From assembly GCF_030384885.1 (NCBI RefSeq), contig NZ_CP128613.1: 64,000 nt of DNA, one strand, 5' to 3'. The position numbers and the translations under genes are program-made. The stretch is from Escherichia coli (GTDB taxonomy: Bacteria; Pseudomonadota; Gammaproteobacteria; Enterobacterales; Enterobacteriaceae). The notes under the pieces were generated by a model, which worked only from the letters and a program-made list of their open reading frames with translations, did not search any database and was not told the DNA's origin. Shown here in pieces: positions 23,140 through 31,982 of the stretch. Position 1 is the first letter of the stretch. Each line of letters begins with the position of its first letter.

Positions 23140-23619
23140 ATGGATTTTCACTTGGATATTTTGCTCCCTACACAATTCGCTCCAGAGGAACTAGATCTAC
23201 AAGAGGTTATGATTCACTGGGGTGGGGAAACCTTTCATCGCGACCCTCCGGTATACGCCTGGTGTAATCATCATCTTTTGCAGAGATGCAATCTACCGAT
23301 TACTTATGGCCCACCTTTAGATGAGCACATAGACTTTAATGAATATCATGTTTACAACTTCAATGGTTCTTTAGTCGATGACCTGGAAATGGCTGTGAAT
23401 AAAGGAAAGGATATTTCAACCAATCCTATAATTAAATTTATTAACAACCTGGTTAGCAAAAATTACGGGGGGTGGGTAATCTTGTCATTAGATGATGAAA
23501 AAATAGAAGTGATTAAAAATATAAGCTTCCAGTATTCTTTTCTATCATTATTAGTTGATGGACTAAAATGGGAAAGACCGCATGGGGTGGCAATATTATA
23601 TAATTCACACTTAATTTAA
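23140..23619 (+). CDS. Hypothetical protein (159 aa), AT-rich accessory ORF 3
   Basis: ORF track; low GC; no recognised family. Confidence 0.45.
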   Translation: MDFHLDILLPTQFAPEELDLQEVMIHWGGETFHRDPPVYAWCNHHLLQRCNLPITYGPPLDEHIDFNEYHVYNFNGSLVDDLEMAVNKGKDISTNPIIKFINNLVSKNYGGWVILSLDDEKIEVIKNISFQYSFLSLLVDGLKWERPHGVAILYNSHLI

Positions 23620-23640
23620 TTAATTAATGAATGGAAACAT

Positions 23641-23943
23641 ATGTATCGTGTAAAGGTTGTTTGGCTTACAGAAAATGAAGGTGGCAGAAGGAGCGCACCT
23701 CCTATCGGTAGATATTATCCCGTCTCCAGGTTTCCAGAGGAGAAAACTGACTGGCAAAATAATGCATGGAGTGTTGTTTTTGAATTGGAAAAACCTAATG
23801 TAACCGATGGACGTATCGTTTCAATGGGGTGCGTTCAGTTCCTTTTCGATACCGCCCCTGAACAATGGATGACTAAGTACGAGGCATTTGAGATCTACGA
23901 AGGACCAAGAAAAGTCGCAGATGTATTATTGATAGGGAATTAA
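23641..23943 (+). CDS. Hypothetical protein (100 aa), AT-rich accessory ORF 4
   Basis: ORF track; 21 nt after ORF 3; low GC. Confidence 0.45.
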   Translation: MYRVKVVWLTENEGGRRSAPPIGRYYPVSRFPEEKTDWQNNAWSVVFELEKPNVTDGRIVSMGCVQFLFDTAPEQWMTKYEAFEIYEGPRKVADVLLIGN

Positions 23944-24004
23944 TTTTATTTATGTCAGGCTATTTAATTATATTTGCGACCTCAACGCATTTTCAGGAGT
24001 ATAA

Positions 24005-24538
24005 ATGCGTAACAAAAAACGCATACTATTCTTGCTAACAGTCATTTTTTGCTTAACAGGTCTTTATTCCTGCAACAAAAATTTTCTCTTACTCTGGGAT
24101 GCCAATAATATGTATGTCAGCACAAGAAATAATATCGATAAAGACAAGGTAAAAATAGAATTCGGTATCAGCGTCAACACGATCAACCGAGAAACGGATG
24201 CCGAATTATTTGCTGACAGAGATAAGTATGCAGTGCTCTTCGATGGTAGCCTGAAAAATAAGATGATAAGCGAATACGGAGAAAATGATTTTTTAATTAC
24301 CTACGATAACCGCTGCTATTTATCATTTCGTCAATTTAAAACAAATCGTCGTCATCAACATGACTATTATTTTGACTTCTTTAACAAGGATGGGAATGTC
24401 TTCGTCACGGTCGAAATTAAAGGTGAGAACCCGCTTAAATTTACGCGTAGTTTTAATGATATGCGTCAGCAGTTTTCACCATTCCGTAAGGGTAGCCCTT
24501 CTCACTCCTGCAAGGTTATTTCTTCAGATCCTTCTTAA
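24005..24538 (+). CDS. Hypothetical exported protein, possible lipoprotein (177 aa), AT-rich accessory ORF 5
   Basis: N-terminal signal peptide MRNKKRILFLLTVIFCLTGLYSC with Cys after hydrophobic core; ggagt RBS upstream; 3' end overlaps convergent gene by 23 nt. Confidence 0.5.
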   Translation: MRNKKRILFLLTVIFCLTGLYSCNKNFLLLWDANNMYVSTRNNIDKDKVKIEFGISVNTINRETDAELFADRDKYAVLFDGSLKNKMISEYGENDFLITYDNRCYLSFRQFKTNRRHQHDYYFDFFNKDGNVFVTVEIKGENPLKFTRSFNDMRQQFSPFRKGSPSHSCKVISSDPS

Positions 24539-26510
24539 ACACTGGTTCTGGACAATCACGACCAAAATGCGCCGCCCAGTCAAAAGATTTACCGTTTTTC
24601 ACGTAGCGTTGATAAATTAATGCACCGGTTTCTGGATCAAGATATCTGATCCAACTTGCAGCATGGCATAACACGGCAGCCCAAGCCTGGGTTTTAGGGT
24701 GAAGTAAATCGGCTGATTGTCCGGCCCATTCCGCAGCCTGCCAGCGGTAATGCAAAAAATGCTCATCAACAGTGGGGATTGCGTGGCGGAAACGTTGTTT
24801 TTCTTTACGACTTATCCACTGATCGTTATTGCTGTATTCAAAGGGTTCTGAATACTGCCCGCTGGTAATGGCATAATCGGGATACATTTCATAAGCCGCC
24901 AATTCGATACCACTGAAACGCAAAAGCCGCGCAGCTTCGTATTGCGCCTGGGCGCGTTGCTTATCAGGGATGTTTTTATTTTTTGCTATCGCCATTAAAT
25001 CAGCCAGTTTTTGTGCGGCCTGGCGATAATTGGGAATATCAAACCAATTGATGGCCTGCTGGTACTGGCCATGACGAATTAATCGTCTACCCAATAACGC
25101 CCGTAATTTAACATCCGTTGGAATGATATCTGGCGAAAGATAATAACCGTCATTGTTATTATTTAAATCTACAGGTTTTAAAGGGTGCTGAGGTACCGGT
25201 ACGTTTTTTTCAACAAACGCCTGTAACTCCGGTAAGGTCAAAACGTTTTCTGCAACCCAGGCTAAATCGGCCCAATAGAGATCTTTGGCCTGGTAAAACA
25301 ATGCGGTGGCCTGAAGATAATCATCGCGTTTTAATGCCAAAATCGCCTGCTCACTGGCAATACGGCAAGATGGGATAATAACTTTATCTCCATGATAATA
25401 AGGACTTTCCGGGTCCATACTTCCCCACACTTCATCGGTCGGGAACATCGGGGCTGCGCGAGCATAGTGACGCGTTGCCAGTGGAATATCTCCGGCTCGT
25501 AATGCCATTTTTGCTTTTAACCATTCGCTTAATCCACTTTCTGGCGCATCCTGCAACAGCGTTTGTGCTAACGAATAATTTCCTGCCCGATACGCCAGTG
25601 CTGCCAGGCGATCGCTATAACTAAATCCTTTAACTCTGTGTTGACTTAGCAACTTAATTAAACGGTCGCGATGCGTTGGACAGGTATAATCTACAAGGTC
25701 CTTAGTACAGGCTTCGCTAACATACCCCCAGTCATGACGAATAAAGAGCTCTGCGATTACCAGTTGCTGAACCAGAGAATCATTAATAACCGACTCCAGC
25801 AGTGGTAAATTTTTCTCCCTGGTTATATACAGCGAAATCATCCGTAGCGACGCTTTCCCGGAGGGCGAACCCTGGGCCGCTTGCCGGGCATACATTTTTA
25901 CTGCCGCAGCGACATCACCTTTTTTCAGATAATAATGCCCAATCTGACCGAGACTGGCGAGAGAGAGCAATTCAGGATCGGCTGCGCCATTACGCACTTC
26001 TTCAATGATTTGCTGATAACGCTGTATGGCCTGCTCAGCAAGTTCCTGATTAAAGCCACCTTTATTGATTATAAGATCGAGATCGTCGTCAGAGGCATCA
26101 AATCCCCCCCTTGCCAGACTATATAGCGCAGCCAGCCGCCATTCTCCTTGCTCTGTTTTCGGCAAGGCTAATAATTGCTGAAAGTATGGGCTATCGTATT
26201 TTCCCTGATGGAAATCCTTAGCTCCTGAATAATAAAGTTCCAGTGCCCGATTTTGCACAGGAGGTTCAGCATCTGTATCTGTCTGCGTTGCCTCTTCAGG
26301 CGTATTTTCTTGCCATACTGGTAAACCAGGATCGCGTTTAACCAACTGTTGTACTTCAAAGACAAAACTGCCATTTGGCATTTCCAGCAGTGCGCTATTG
26401 CGGTCAGTTAACAGATGATTGGGAATAAATGGTCCACAGGCATTAACGTTGGCGCTAATTAGCGAGAGAAATACAACAACGGAAAGCCGCGATATTTTAG
26501 GGGATAACAT
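24516..26510 (-). CDS. Secreted helical-repeat (TPR/Sel1-like) protein of unknown function (~664 aa)
   Basis: Track ORF 24516..26735 trimmed to ATG at 26510 (MLSPKISRLSVVVFLSLISANVNA signal peptide, ggagag RBS, 8 nt after stop of upstream gene); Sel1/TPR-like segments (e.g. VKMYARQAAQG) seen by eye. Confidence 0.6.
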   Translation of the reverse strand: MLSPKISRLSVVVFLSLISANVNACGPFIPNHLLTDRNSALLEMPNGSFVFEVQQLVKRDPGLPVWQENTPEEATQTDTDAEPPVQNRALELYYSGAKDFHQGKYDSPYFQQLLALPKTEQGEWRLAALYSLARGGFDASDDDLDLIINKGGFNQELAEQAIQRYQQIIEEVRNGAADPELLSLASLGQIGHYYLKKGDVAAAVKMYARQAAQGSPSGKASLRMISLYITREKNLPLLESVINDSLVQQLVIAELFIRHDWGYVSEACTKDLVDYTCPTHRDRLIKLLSQHRVKGFSYSDRLAALAYRAGNYSLAQTLLQDAPESGLSEWLKAKMALRAGDIPLATRHYARAAPMFPTDEVWGSMDPESPYYHGDKVIIPSCRIASEQAILALKRDDYLQATALFYQAKDLYWADLAWVAENVLTLPELQAFVEKNVPVPQHPLKPVDLNNNNDGYYLSPDIIPTDVKLRALLGRRLIRHGQYQQAINWFDIPNYRQAAQKLADLMAIAKNKNIPDKQRAQAQYEAARLLRFSGIELAAYEMYPDYAITSGQYSEPFEYSNNDQWISRKEKQRFRHAIPTVDEHFLHYRWQAAEWAGQSADLLHPKTQAWAAVLCHAASWIRYLDPETGALIYQRYVKNGKSFDWAAHFGRDCPEPVFKKDLKK

Positions 26511-27705
26511 TGAACTCTCCTTGTAAATTTGGGGTGCATCGCGCCCATCCCAGCGCACTGCTTTCACCAGCACGCAACTGCCTGGTACTGATGCGAATAA
26601 AACGTAACGAGGATGCGTTGGTTTGTGCCTGATAATGGCCTGCGCCATCAGCATATGTGCATTGAGCAGCAGGCAGCTCGATCTGTTGTGGCAATGGCGC
26701 GTCAATATCACCATTGTTTTTAATGGCCAAATCAATAAGTTGCTTGTCAGCCTGTGGCGAAATTATCAAAGACCAGCGCGGCGTCAAAGGTTTATGGTGA
26801 ATAACGGCATCTAAAGTAGACAGGGACCAGGCGCGGCGATCATTTGCCAGCGGGAGTCGGAACCAGATAAATCCCTGTAACCCTGAGGGCGGTTTTTGTT
26901 CCAGCTGTTGGGTAAAATCAGCCAACGTTTGTGGCGCCACACTCAGCTCCCGCAACTCTTGTGCAATATACAGTGGGGCTTCGCTTTCAATACGGTTATC
27001 GCGCGTCAGCGCAGAACCGTAAGCCGGCAGAGCGATGTAAAAAGGATGGGGAGAAATACGTGCATATTGCGTGCTCCAGCGCTTAGCCAGTTTACTGTCG
27101 AATAATCCCTGTTGCGGCGATAACACCGTATGCACCTGCAAAACAGAAATATCGGCGTCAGCCAGCAGCGCAGGCAGATGTGGTGAATTCAGCCAGTCAG
27201 GTAATGCAGTAATACTGAGTTTTAATTCTGCAGGAAGATTCTGGCGCAATGTCCTTAGCAACTGTTGGTATTCCACCAGTTTTGCCGTTGGCGCATCGAA
27301 ATCAATTTCAATGCCAGCCAGCTTAATACCCGCCTCTTTCCACTCATTCATTGTTCGTACAATGTTCTGCACAACATTTTGTTGATTAATATGAGAGAGC
27401 TTACCGTCCAGTCGCGCAACCAGCCAGACGGGGCGATCATCTTGTTTTATAAATGTTTTATTAACGGCGGTGTAGCGTATACCTTCCTGAGGATGAACTT
27501 GTAGCTCCAGAATGCGTAGCGTTGAGAACAGATTACGGCTCTGTTTTAGTGCGTGCTCATGTTGCGCGGTCCACAAACGCTGCCAGATATAGACTTGTTG
27601 ATCGAGGGGGCGTGTTTTTTGCGGCATAAGCCGGGTCAGCAGCCCATATCCAGAGCCGATAAAAACGATGAGTGAAATGGCAAAAATCCATTTGCGAGAG
27701 GGCAT
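26497..27705 (-). CDS. Membrane-anchored periplasmic protein of unknown function (402 aa)
   Basis: ORF track; single N-terminal TM helix (WIFAISLIVFIGSGYGLL) then soluble domain; first gene of two-gene operon. Confidence 0.6.
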   Translation of the reverse strand: MPSRKWIFAISLIVFIGSGYGLLTRLMPQKTRPLDQQVYIWQRLWTAQHEHALKQSRNLFSTLRILELQVHPQEGIRYTAVNKTFIKQDDRPVWLVARLDGKLSHINQQNVVQNIVRTMNEWKEAGIKLAGIEIDFDAPTAKLVEYQQLLRTLRQNLPAELKLSITALPDWLNSPHLPALLADADISVLQVHTVLSPQQGLFDSKLAKRWSTQYARISPHPFYIALPAYGSALTRDNRIESEAPLYIAQELRELSVAPQTLADFTQQLEQKPPSGLQGFIWFRLPLANDRRAWSLSTLDAVIHHKPLTPRWSLIISPQADKQLIDLAIKNNGDIDAPLPQQIELPAAQCTYADGAGHYQAQTNASSLRFIRISTRQLRAGESSALGWARCTPNLQGEFNVIP

Positions 27706-27759
27706 TTGAACCCGGAATCCATGTGGTCAATAACAGAAAGTATACTGCGGAACTATTTA

Positions 27760-27789
27760 GCGGAGAAATTATTCCATTAATTTCTCCGC
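27760..27789. terminator. Perfect hairpin between kdgK 3' end and accessory operon start
   Basis: gcggagaaatta-ttcc-ttaatttctccgc inverted repeat. Confidence 0.4.
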
Positions 27790-27806
27790 TATGATTGATG
27801 TGTTAT

Positions 27807-28736
27807 TTACTGAGGCATGGCTTCGCGAGGAATAATCGCGCCGCGATACTGAATAACGGTACTTGCGGTCAGGTGCCCGCGTTTCGCCGCATTTTCCGCA
27901 CTGGCGCCCGTCAAACGTACCGCCAGATAACCGGCACTGAAAGAGTCGCCAGCTGCAGTGGTATCGATCACTTTTTCTTTTGGCAGTTTCACCGCCGGAA
28001 CATCCACTAACCCCTCGCCAGCAATGGACACCAGGCAAGAATCCGCCCCGCGTTTCACCACCACTTCTTTCACGCCCGCGTTATGGGTGCGCGCAATGAC
28101 GTCTTCCACCGGTTGTTGACCCCACAGCGCGTCTTCGTCGTCCAGCGTCAGGAAGGCGATATCCGTGCATTCCAGCATTTGCTGGTACATCTGCTGTGTC
28201 TCTTCTTTGCTGGCCCACAAGCGCGGACGGTAGTTATTGTCGAAAATCACTTTTCCACCGTTAGTGCGGCATTCGCGCAGCAGGGAAAGCAGCTTTTCGC
28301 GGCTGGTCGGGCTTAAGATTGCCAGGCTAATCCCGCTCAGGTAGAGATAATCAAAATTCGCCAGCTCTGCACAAATCGCTGCGGATTGCTCACTCTCCAG
28401 CCAAAATTTGGCGGCGGCTTCGTTACGCCAGTAGTAGAACGTACGTTCGCCAGTGCTGTCGGTTTCAATGTAGTAAAGACCCGGCAGACGGTTTTCCATC
28501 CGCTGGGTCAGGGAAGTATCAACGTTCTCGCCGTGCCAGGCGTCCAGCATCTGCTGACTAAAACTGTCCGTTCCCAGCGCCGTCACGTAATGAACGGTTA
28601 ATGCCGCAGGATCGACCTGACGGGCGATATAGACGGAAGTGTTCAGGGTATCGCCGCCGAAACCGCGCTTAACGTCCGCGCCTTTCTCGGAAAGCTCAAT
28701 CATGCATTCGCCAATCACGGCAATCTTTTTGGACAT
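27807..28736 (-). CDS. kdgK: 2-dehydro-3-deoxygluconokinase KdgK (309 aa)
   Basis: ORF track; PfkB-family sugar kinase sequence; size matches. Confidence 0.9.
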   Translation of the reverse strand: MSKKIAVIGECMIELSEKGADVKRGFGGDTLNTSVYIARQVDPAALTVHYVTALGTDSFSQQMLDAWHGENVDTSLTQRMENRLPGLYYIETDSTGERTFYYWRNEAAAKFWLESEQSAAICAELANFDYLYLSGISLAILSPTSREKLLSLLRECRTNGGKVIFDNNYRPRLWASKEETQQMYQQMLECTDIAFLTLDDEDALWGQQPVEDVIARTHNAGVKEVVVKRGADSCLVSIAGEGLVDVPAVKLPKEKVIDTTAAGDSFSAGYLAVRLTGASAENAAKRGHLTASTVIQYRGAIIPREAMPQ

Positions 28737-28966
28737 AGTCGTGAACCTGATCTGTAAAAATTAGCGTTAGTTTGCGCTGTGGTGGTTTGCTGGTCAACCA
28801 TATTAAAACAGTGTTCCATTATTTTTTTGAGCCAGAACGTATTCCTGAAAGATTCCGTAGTGGAGTGGGGAAATTTAACCCGGTCAGGCGGTAAAGTTCT
28901 GCTCTTGCGCGCCGATAATCTTTGTCAAGTCCGGGCAGCATCACTTTTAAACACAGGACATCTTTG

Positions 28967-29734
28967 ATGATAAGGCAGGTTATCCAGCGAATAAGCAACC
29001 CTGAAGCAAGCATCGAGAGCTTGCAGGAACGGCGTTTTTGGTTGCAGTGTGAGCGTGCTTACACCTGGCAGCCGATCTATCAAACCTGCGGACGGTTAAT
29101 GGCCGTGGAGCTATTAACGGTGGTCACGCATCCCTCGAACCCTTTACAACGTCTGCCGCCGGATCGCTATTTTACTGAAATCACCGTCAGCCATCGGATG
29201 GAGGTTGTGAAAGAGCAGATTGATTTGCTGGCGCAAAATGCCGACTTCTTTGTCGAGCACGGCCTGCTGGCATCGGTCAATATTGATGGTCCTACGCTCA
29301 TCGCCCTGCGTCAGCAACCAAAAATCCTGCGCCAGATTGAGCATCTTCCCTGGCTGCGTTTCGAACTGGTAGAACACATCCGCCTGCCAAAAGACTCAAC
29401 CTTTGCCTCGATGTGTGAATTTGGTCCGCTGTGGCTGGATGATTTCGGCACTGGGATGGCAAATTTCTCTGCGCTAAGTGAAGTACGTTACGACTACATC
29501 AAAATCGCCCGTGAGCTGTTTGTGATGCTGCGTCAGTCGCCGGAAGGACGCACGCTCTTTTCTCAGCTTTTACATCTAATGAATCGCTATTGTCGCGGGG
29601 TGATTGTCGAAGGTGTGGAAACGCAGGAAGAGTGGCGCGATGTACAAAATTCGCCTGCATTTGCCGCACAAGGCTGGTTTCTTTCACGCCCGGCACCGAT
29701 AGAAACGCTGAATTCGGCAGTTCTGGCGCTATAA
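28967..29734 (+). CDS. pdeH: c-di-GMP phosphodiesterase PdeH/YhjH (EAL only, 255 aa)
   Basis: ATG at 28967 (MIRQVIQRISNPEA...) inside track ORF 28922..29734; EAL domain motifs. Confidence 0.9.
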   Translation: MIRQVIQRISNPEASIESLQERRFWLQCERAYTWQPIYQTCGRLMAVELLTVVTHPSNPLQRLPPDRYFTEITVSHRMEVVKEQIDLLAQNADFFVEHGLLASVNIDGPTLIALRQQPKILRQIEHLPWLRFELVEHIRLPKDSTFASMCEFGPLWLDDFGTGMANFSALSEVRYDYIKIARELFVMLRQSPEGRTLFSQLLHLMNRYCRGVIVEGVETQEEWRDVQNSPAFAAQGWFLSRPAPIETLNSAVLAL

Positions 29735-29804
29735 GCTGCCTCATTTTCTGCCTGGCTGGACTATCTTTAGGACTGGCACAGGAAGAAATATGAGGAAGCG
29801 AATG

Positions 29805-31865
29805 ATGAGCAAGGCAGGCAAAATAACCGCTGCGATTTCAGGGACTTTCTTGTTGTTGATTGTCGTGGCGATCATTTTGATTGCAACATTTGACTGGAAT
29901 CGACTCAAACCGACCATCAACCAGAAAGTCTCTGCGGAGTTGAATCGTCCATTCGCTATCCGTGGCGATCTGGGCGTGGTGTGGGAGCGGCAAAAACAAG
30001 AAACCGGCTGGCGCAGCTGGGTGCCGTGGCCTCATGTGCATGCAGAAGACATCATTCTTGGCAATCCGCCGGATATTCCCGAAGTAACAATGGTGCATTT
30101 GCCGCGGGTAGAAGCGACGCTGGCCCCGCTGGCGTTGCTGACCAAAACGGTCTGGCTGCCGTGGATAAAACTGGAGAAGCCCGACGCGCGTCTGATTCGT
30201 CTCTCTGAAAAGAACAATAACTGGACCTTTAATCTCGCCAATGATGACAACAAAGACATGAATGCAAAGCCGTCTGCGTGGTCGTTTCGACTGGATAATA
30301 TTCTGTTCGATCAAGGGCGGATCGCTATTGATGACAAAGTAAGCAAAGCGGATCTGGAAATTTTTGTCGATCCGTTAGGCAAGCCGCTGCCGTTCAGTGA
30401 AGTTACCGGATCGAAAGGTAAAGCGGACAAAGAAAAGGTGGGCGATTACGTTTTTGGTCTGAAGGCGCAGGGACGTTATAACGGTGAACCGCTCACGGGC
30501 AAAGGTAAAATCGGCGGTATGCTGGCACTACGCGGCGAAGGTACACCGTTTCCGGTACAGGCTGATTTCCGCTCCGGGAATACTCGCGTCGCTTTTGATG
30601 GCGTCGTGAATGACCCAATGAAGATGGGCGGTGTCGATTTACGGCTTAAATTTTCTGGCGATTCGCTGGGTGATCTCTATGAACTGACGGGCGTTCTGCT
30701 GCCCGATACCCCGCCGTTTGAAACGGATGGTCGGCTGGTAGCGAAAATCGACACTGAAAAATCGTCGGTCTTTGATTATCGCGGTTTTAATGGGCGCATT
30801 GGCGATAGCGATATCCACGGTTCTCTGGTCTACACCACCGGCAAGCCACGACCAAAACTGGAAGGTGATGTCGAATCGCGGCAATTGCGGCTGGCAGATT
30901 TAGGGCCATTGATTGGCGTTGATTCTGGAAAAGGTGCAGAAAAGTCGAAACGGTCTGAGCAGAAGAAAGGCGAAAAAAGCGTTCAGCCTGCGGGCAAAGT
31001 GCTGCCTTATGACCGCTTCGAAACCGATAAATGGGACGTCATGGATGCCGATGTCCGCTTCAAAGGTCGGCGCATTGAACATGGTAGTAGCTTGCCGATT
31101 AGCGATCTCTCTACCCATATCATTCTCAAAAATGCTGACCTGCGCCTGCAACCGCTGAAATTTGGCATGGCAGGCGGCAGCATTGCGGCGAATATTCATC
31201 TGGAAGGCGATAAAAAGCCGATGCAAGGGCGGGCTGATATTCAGGCGCGTCGGCTGAAACTCAAAGAACTGATGCCCGATGTAGAACTGATGCAGAAGAC
31301 GCTGGGGGAAATGAACGGTGACGCGGAACTACGCGGTAGCGGTAACTCGGTGGCGGCGCTTTTAGGCAACAGTAACGGCAACCTGAAACTGTTGATGAAT
31401 GACGGGCTGGTGAGCCGCAACCTGATGGAGATTGTCGGCCTGAATGTCGGCAACTACATTGTCGGTGCGATATTTGGTGATGATGAGGTGCGGGTGAACT
31501 GCGCGGCAGCGAATCTGGATATTGCCAACGGTGTAGCGCGTCCGCAGATTTTTGCTTTTGATACTGAGAATGCGTTGATCAATGTTACCGGCACGGCAAG
31601 TTTTGCTTCGGAGCAACTGGATTTGACTATCGATCCAGAAAGTAAAGGGATTCGGATTATCACACTGCGTTCGCCGCTGTATGTGCGTGGGACATTTAAA
31701 AATCCGCAGGCTGGGGTGAAAGCCGGACCGTTGATTGCTCGCGGAGCCGTCGCGGCGGCACTGGCAACGCTGGTAACACCGGCGGCGGCGTTACTGGCGC
31801 TGATCTCTCCTTCCGAAGGGGAGGCTAATCAGTGTCGGACGATTTTGTCGCAGATGAAGAAGTGA
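29805..31865 (+). CDS. yhjG: AsmA-family inner-membrane protein YhjG (686 aa)
   Basis: ATG at 29805 with gaggaag RBS; N-terminal TM anchor, long periplasmic domain. Confidence 0.85.
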   Translation: MSKAGKITAAISGTFLLLIVVAIILIATFDWNRLKPTINQKVSAELNRPFAIRGDLGVVWERQKQETGWRSWVPWPHVHAEDIILGNPPDIPEVTMVHLPRVEATLAPLALLTKTVWLPWIKLEKPDARLIRLSEKNNNWTFNLANDDNKDMNAKPSAWSFRLDNILFDQGRIAIDDKVSKADLEIFVDPLGKPLPFSEVTGSKGKADKEKVGDYVFGLKAQGRYNGEPLTGKGKIGGMLALRGEGTPFPVQADFRSGNTRVAFDGVVNDPMKMGGVDLRLKFSGDSLGDLYELTGVLLPDTPPFETDGRLVAKIDTEKSSVFDYRGFNGRIGDSDIHGSLVYTTGKPRPKLEGDVESRQLRLADLGPLIGVDSGKGAEKSKRSEQKKGEKSVQPAGKVLPYDRFETDKWDVMDADVRFKGRRIEHGSSLPISDLSTHIILKNADLRLQPLKFGMAGGSIAANIHLEGDKKPMQGRADIQARRLKLKELMPDVELMQKTLGEMNGDAELRGSGNSVAALLGNSNGNLKLLMNDGLVSRNLMEIVGLNVGNYIVGAIFGDDEVRVNCAAANLDIANGVARPQIFAFDTENALINVTGTASFASEQLDLTIDPESKGIRIITLRSPLYVRGTFKNPQAGVKAGPLIARGAVAAALATLVTPAAALLALISPSEGEANQCRTILSQMKK

Positions 31866-31872
31866 TGGAAAC

Positions 31873-31970
31873 TGCCGGATGCGGCGTGAACGCCTTATCC
31901 GGCCTACAAATCCTTGCGAATTCAATATATTTTATGGAAATTCAGGCCTGATAAGCGTAGCGCATCAGGC
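31873..31970. repeat. REP/BIME palindromic element
   Basis: gccggatgcggcgtgaacgccttatccggcctac and inverted partner aggcctgataagcgtagcgcatcaggc. Confidence 0.75.
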
Positions 31971-31982
31971 TTTTCACTCTTA

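Noticed and set aside
26511-26735. Upstream extension of the 664-aa gene to a 739-aa ORF overlapping the preceding gene by ~240 nt
   Set aside because: The internal ATG at 26510 has a good RBS, starts a textbook signal peptide, and lies 8 nt after the upstream stop; a long out-of-frame overlap is unlikely.
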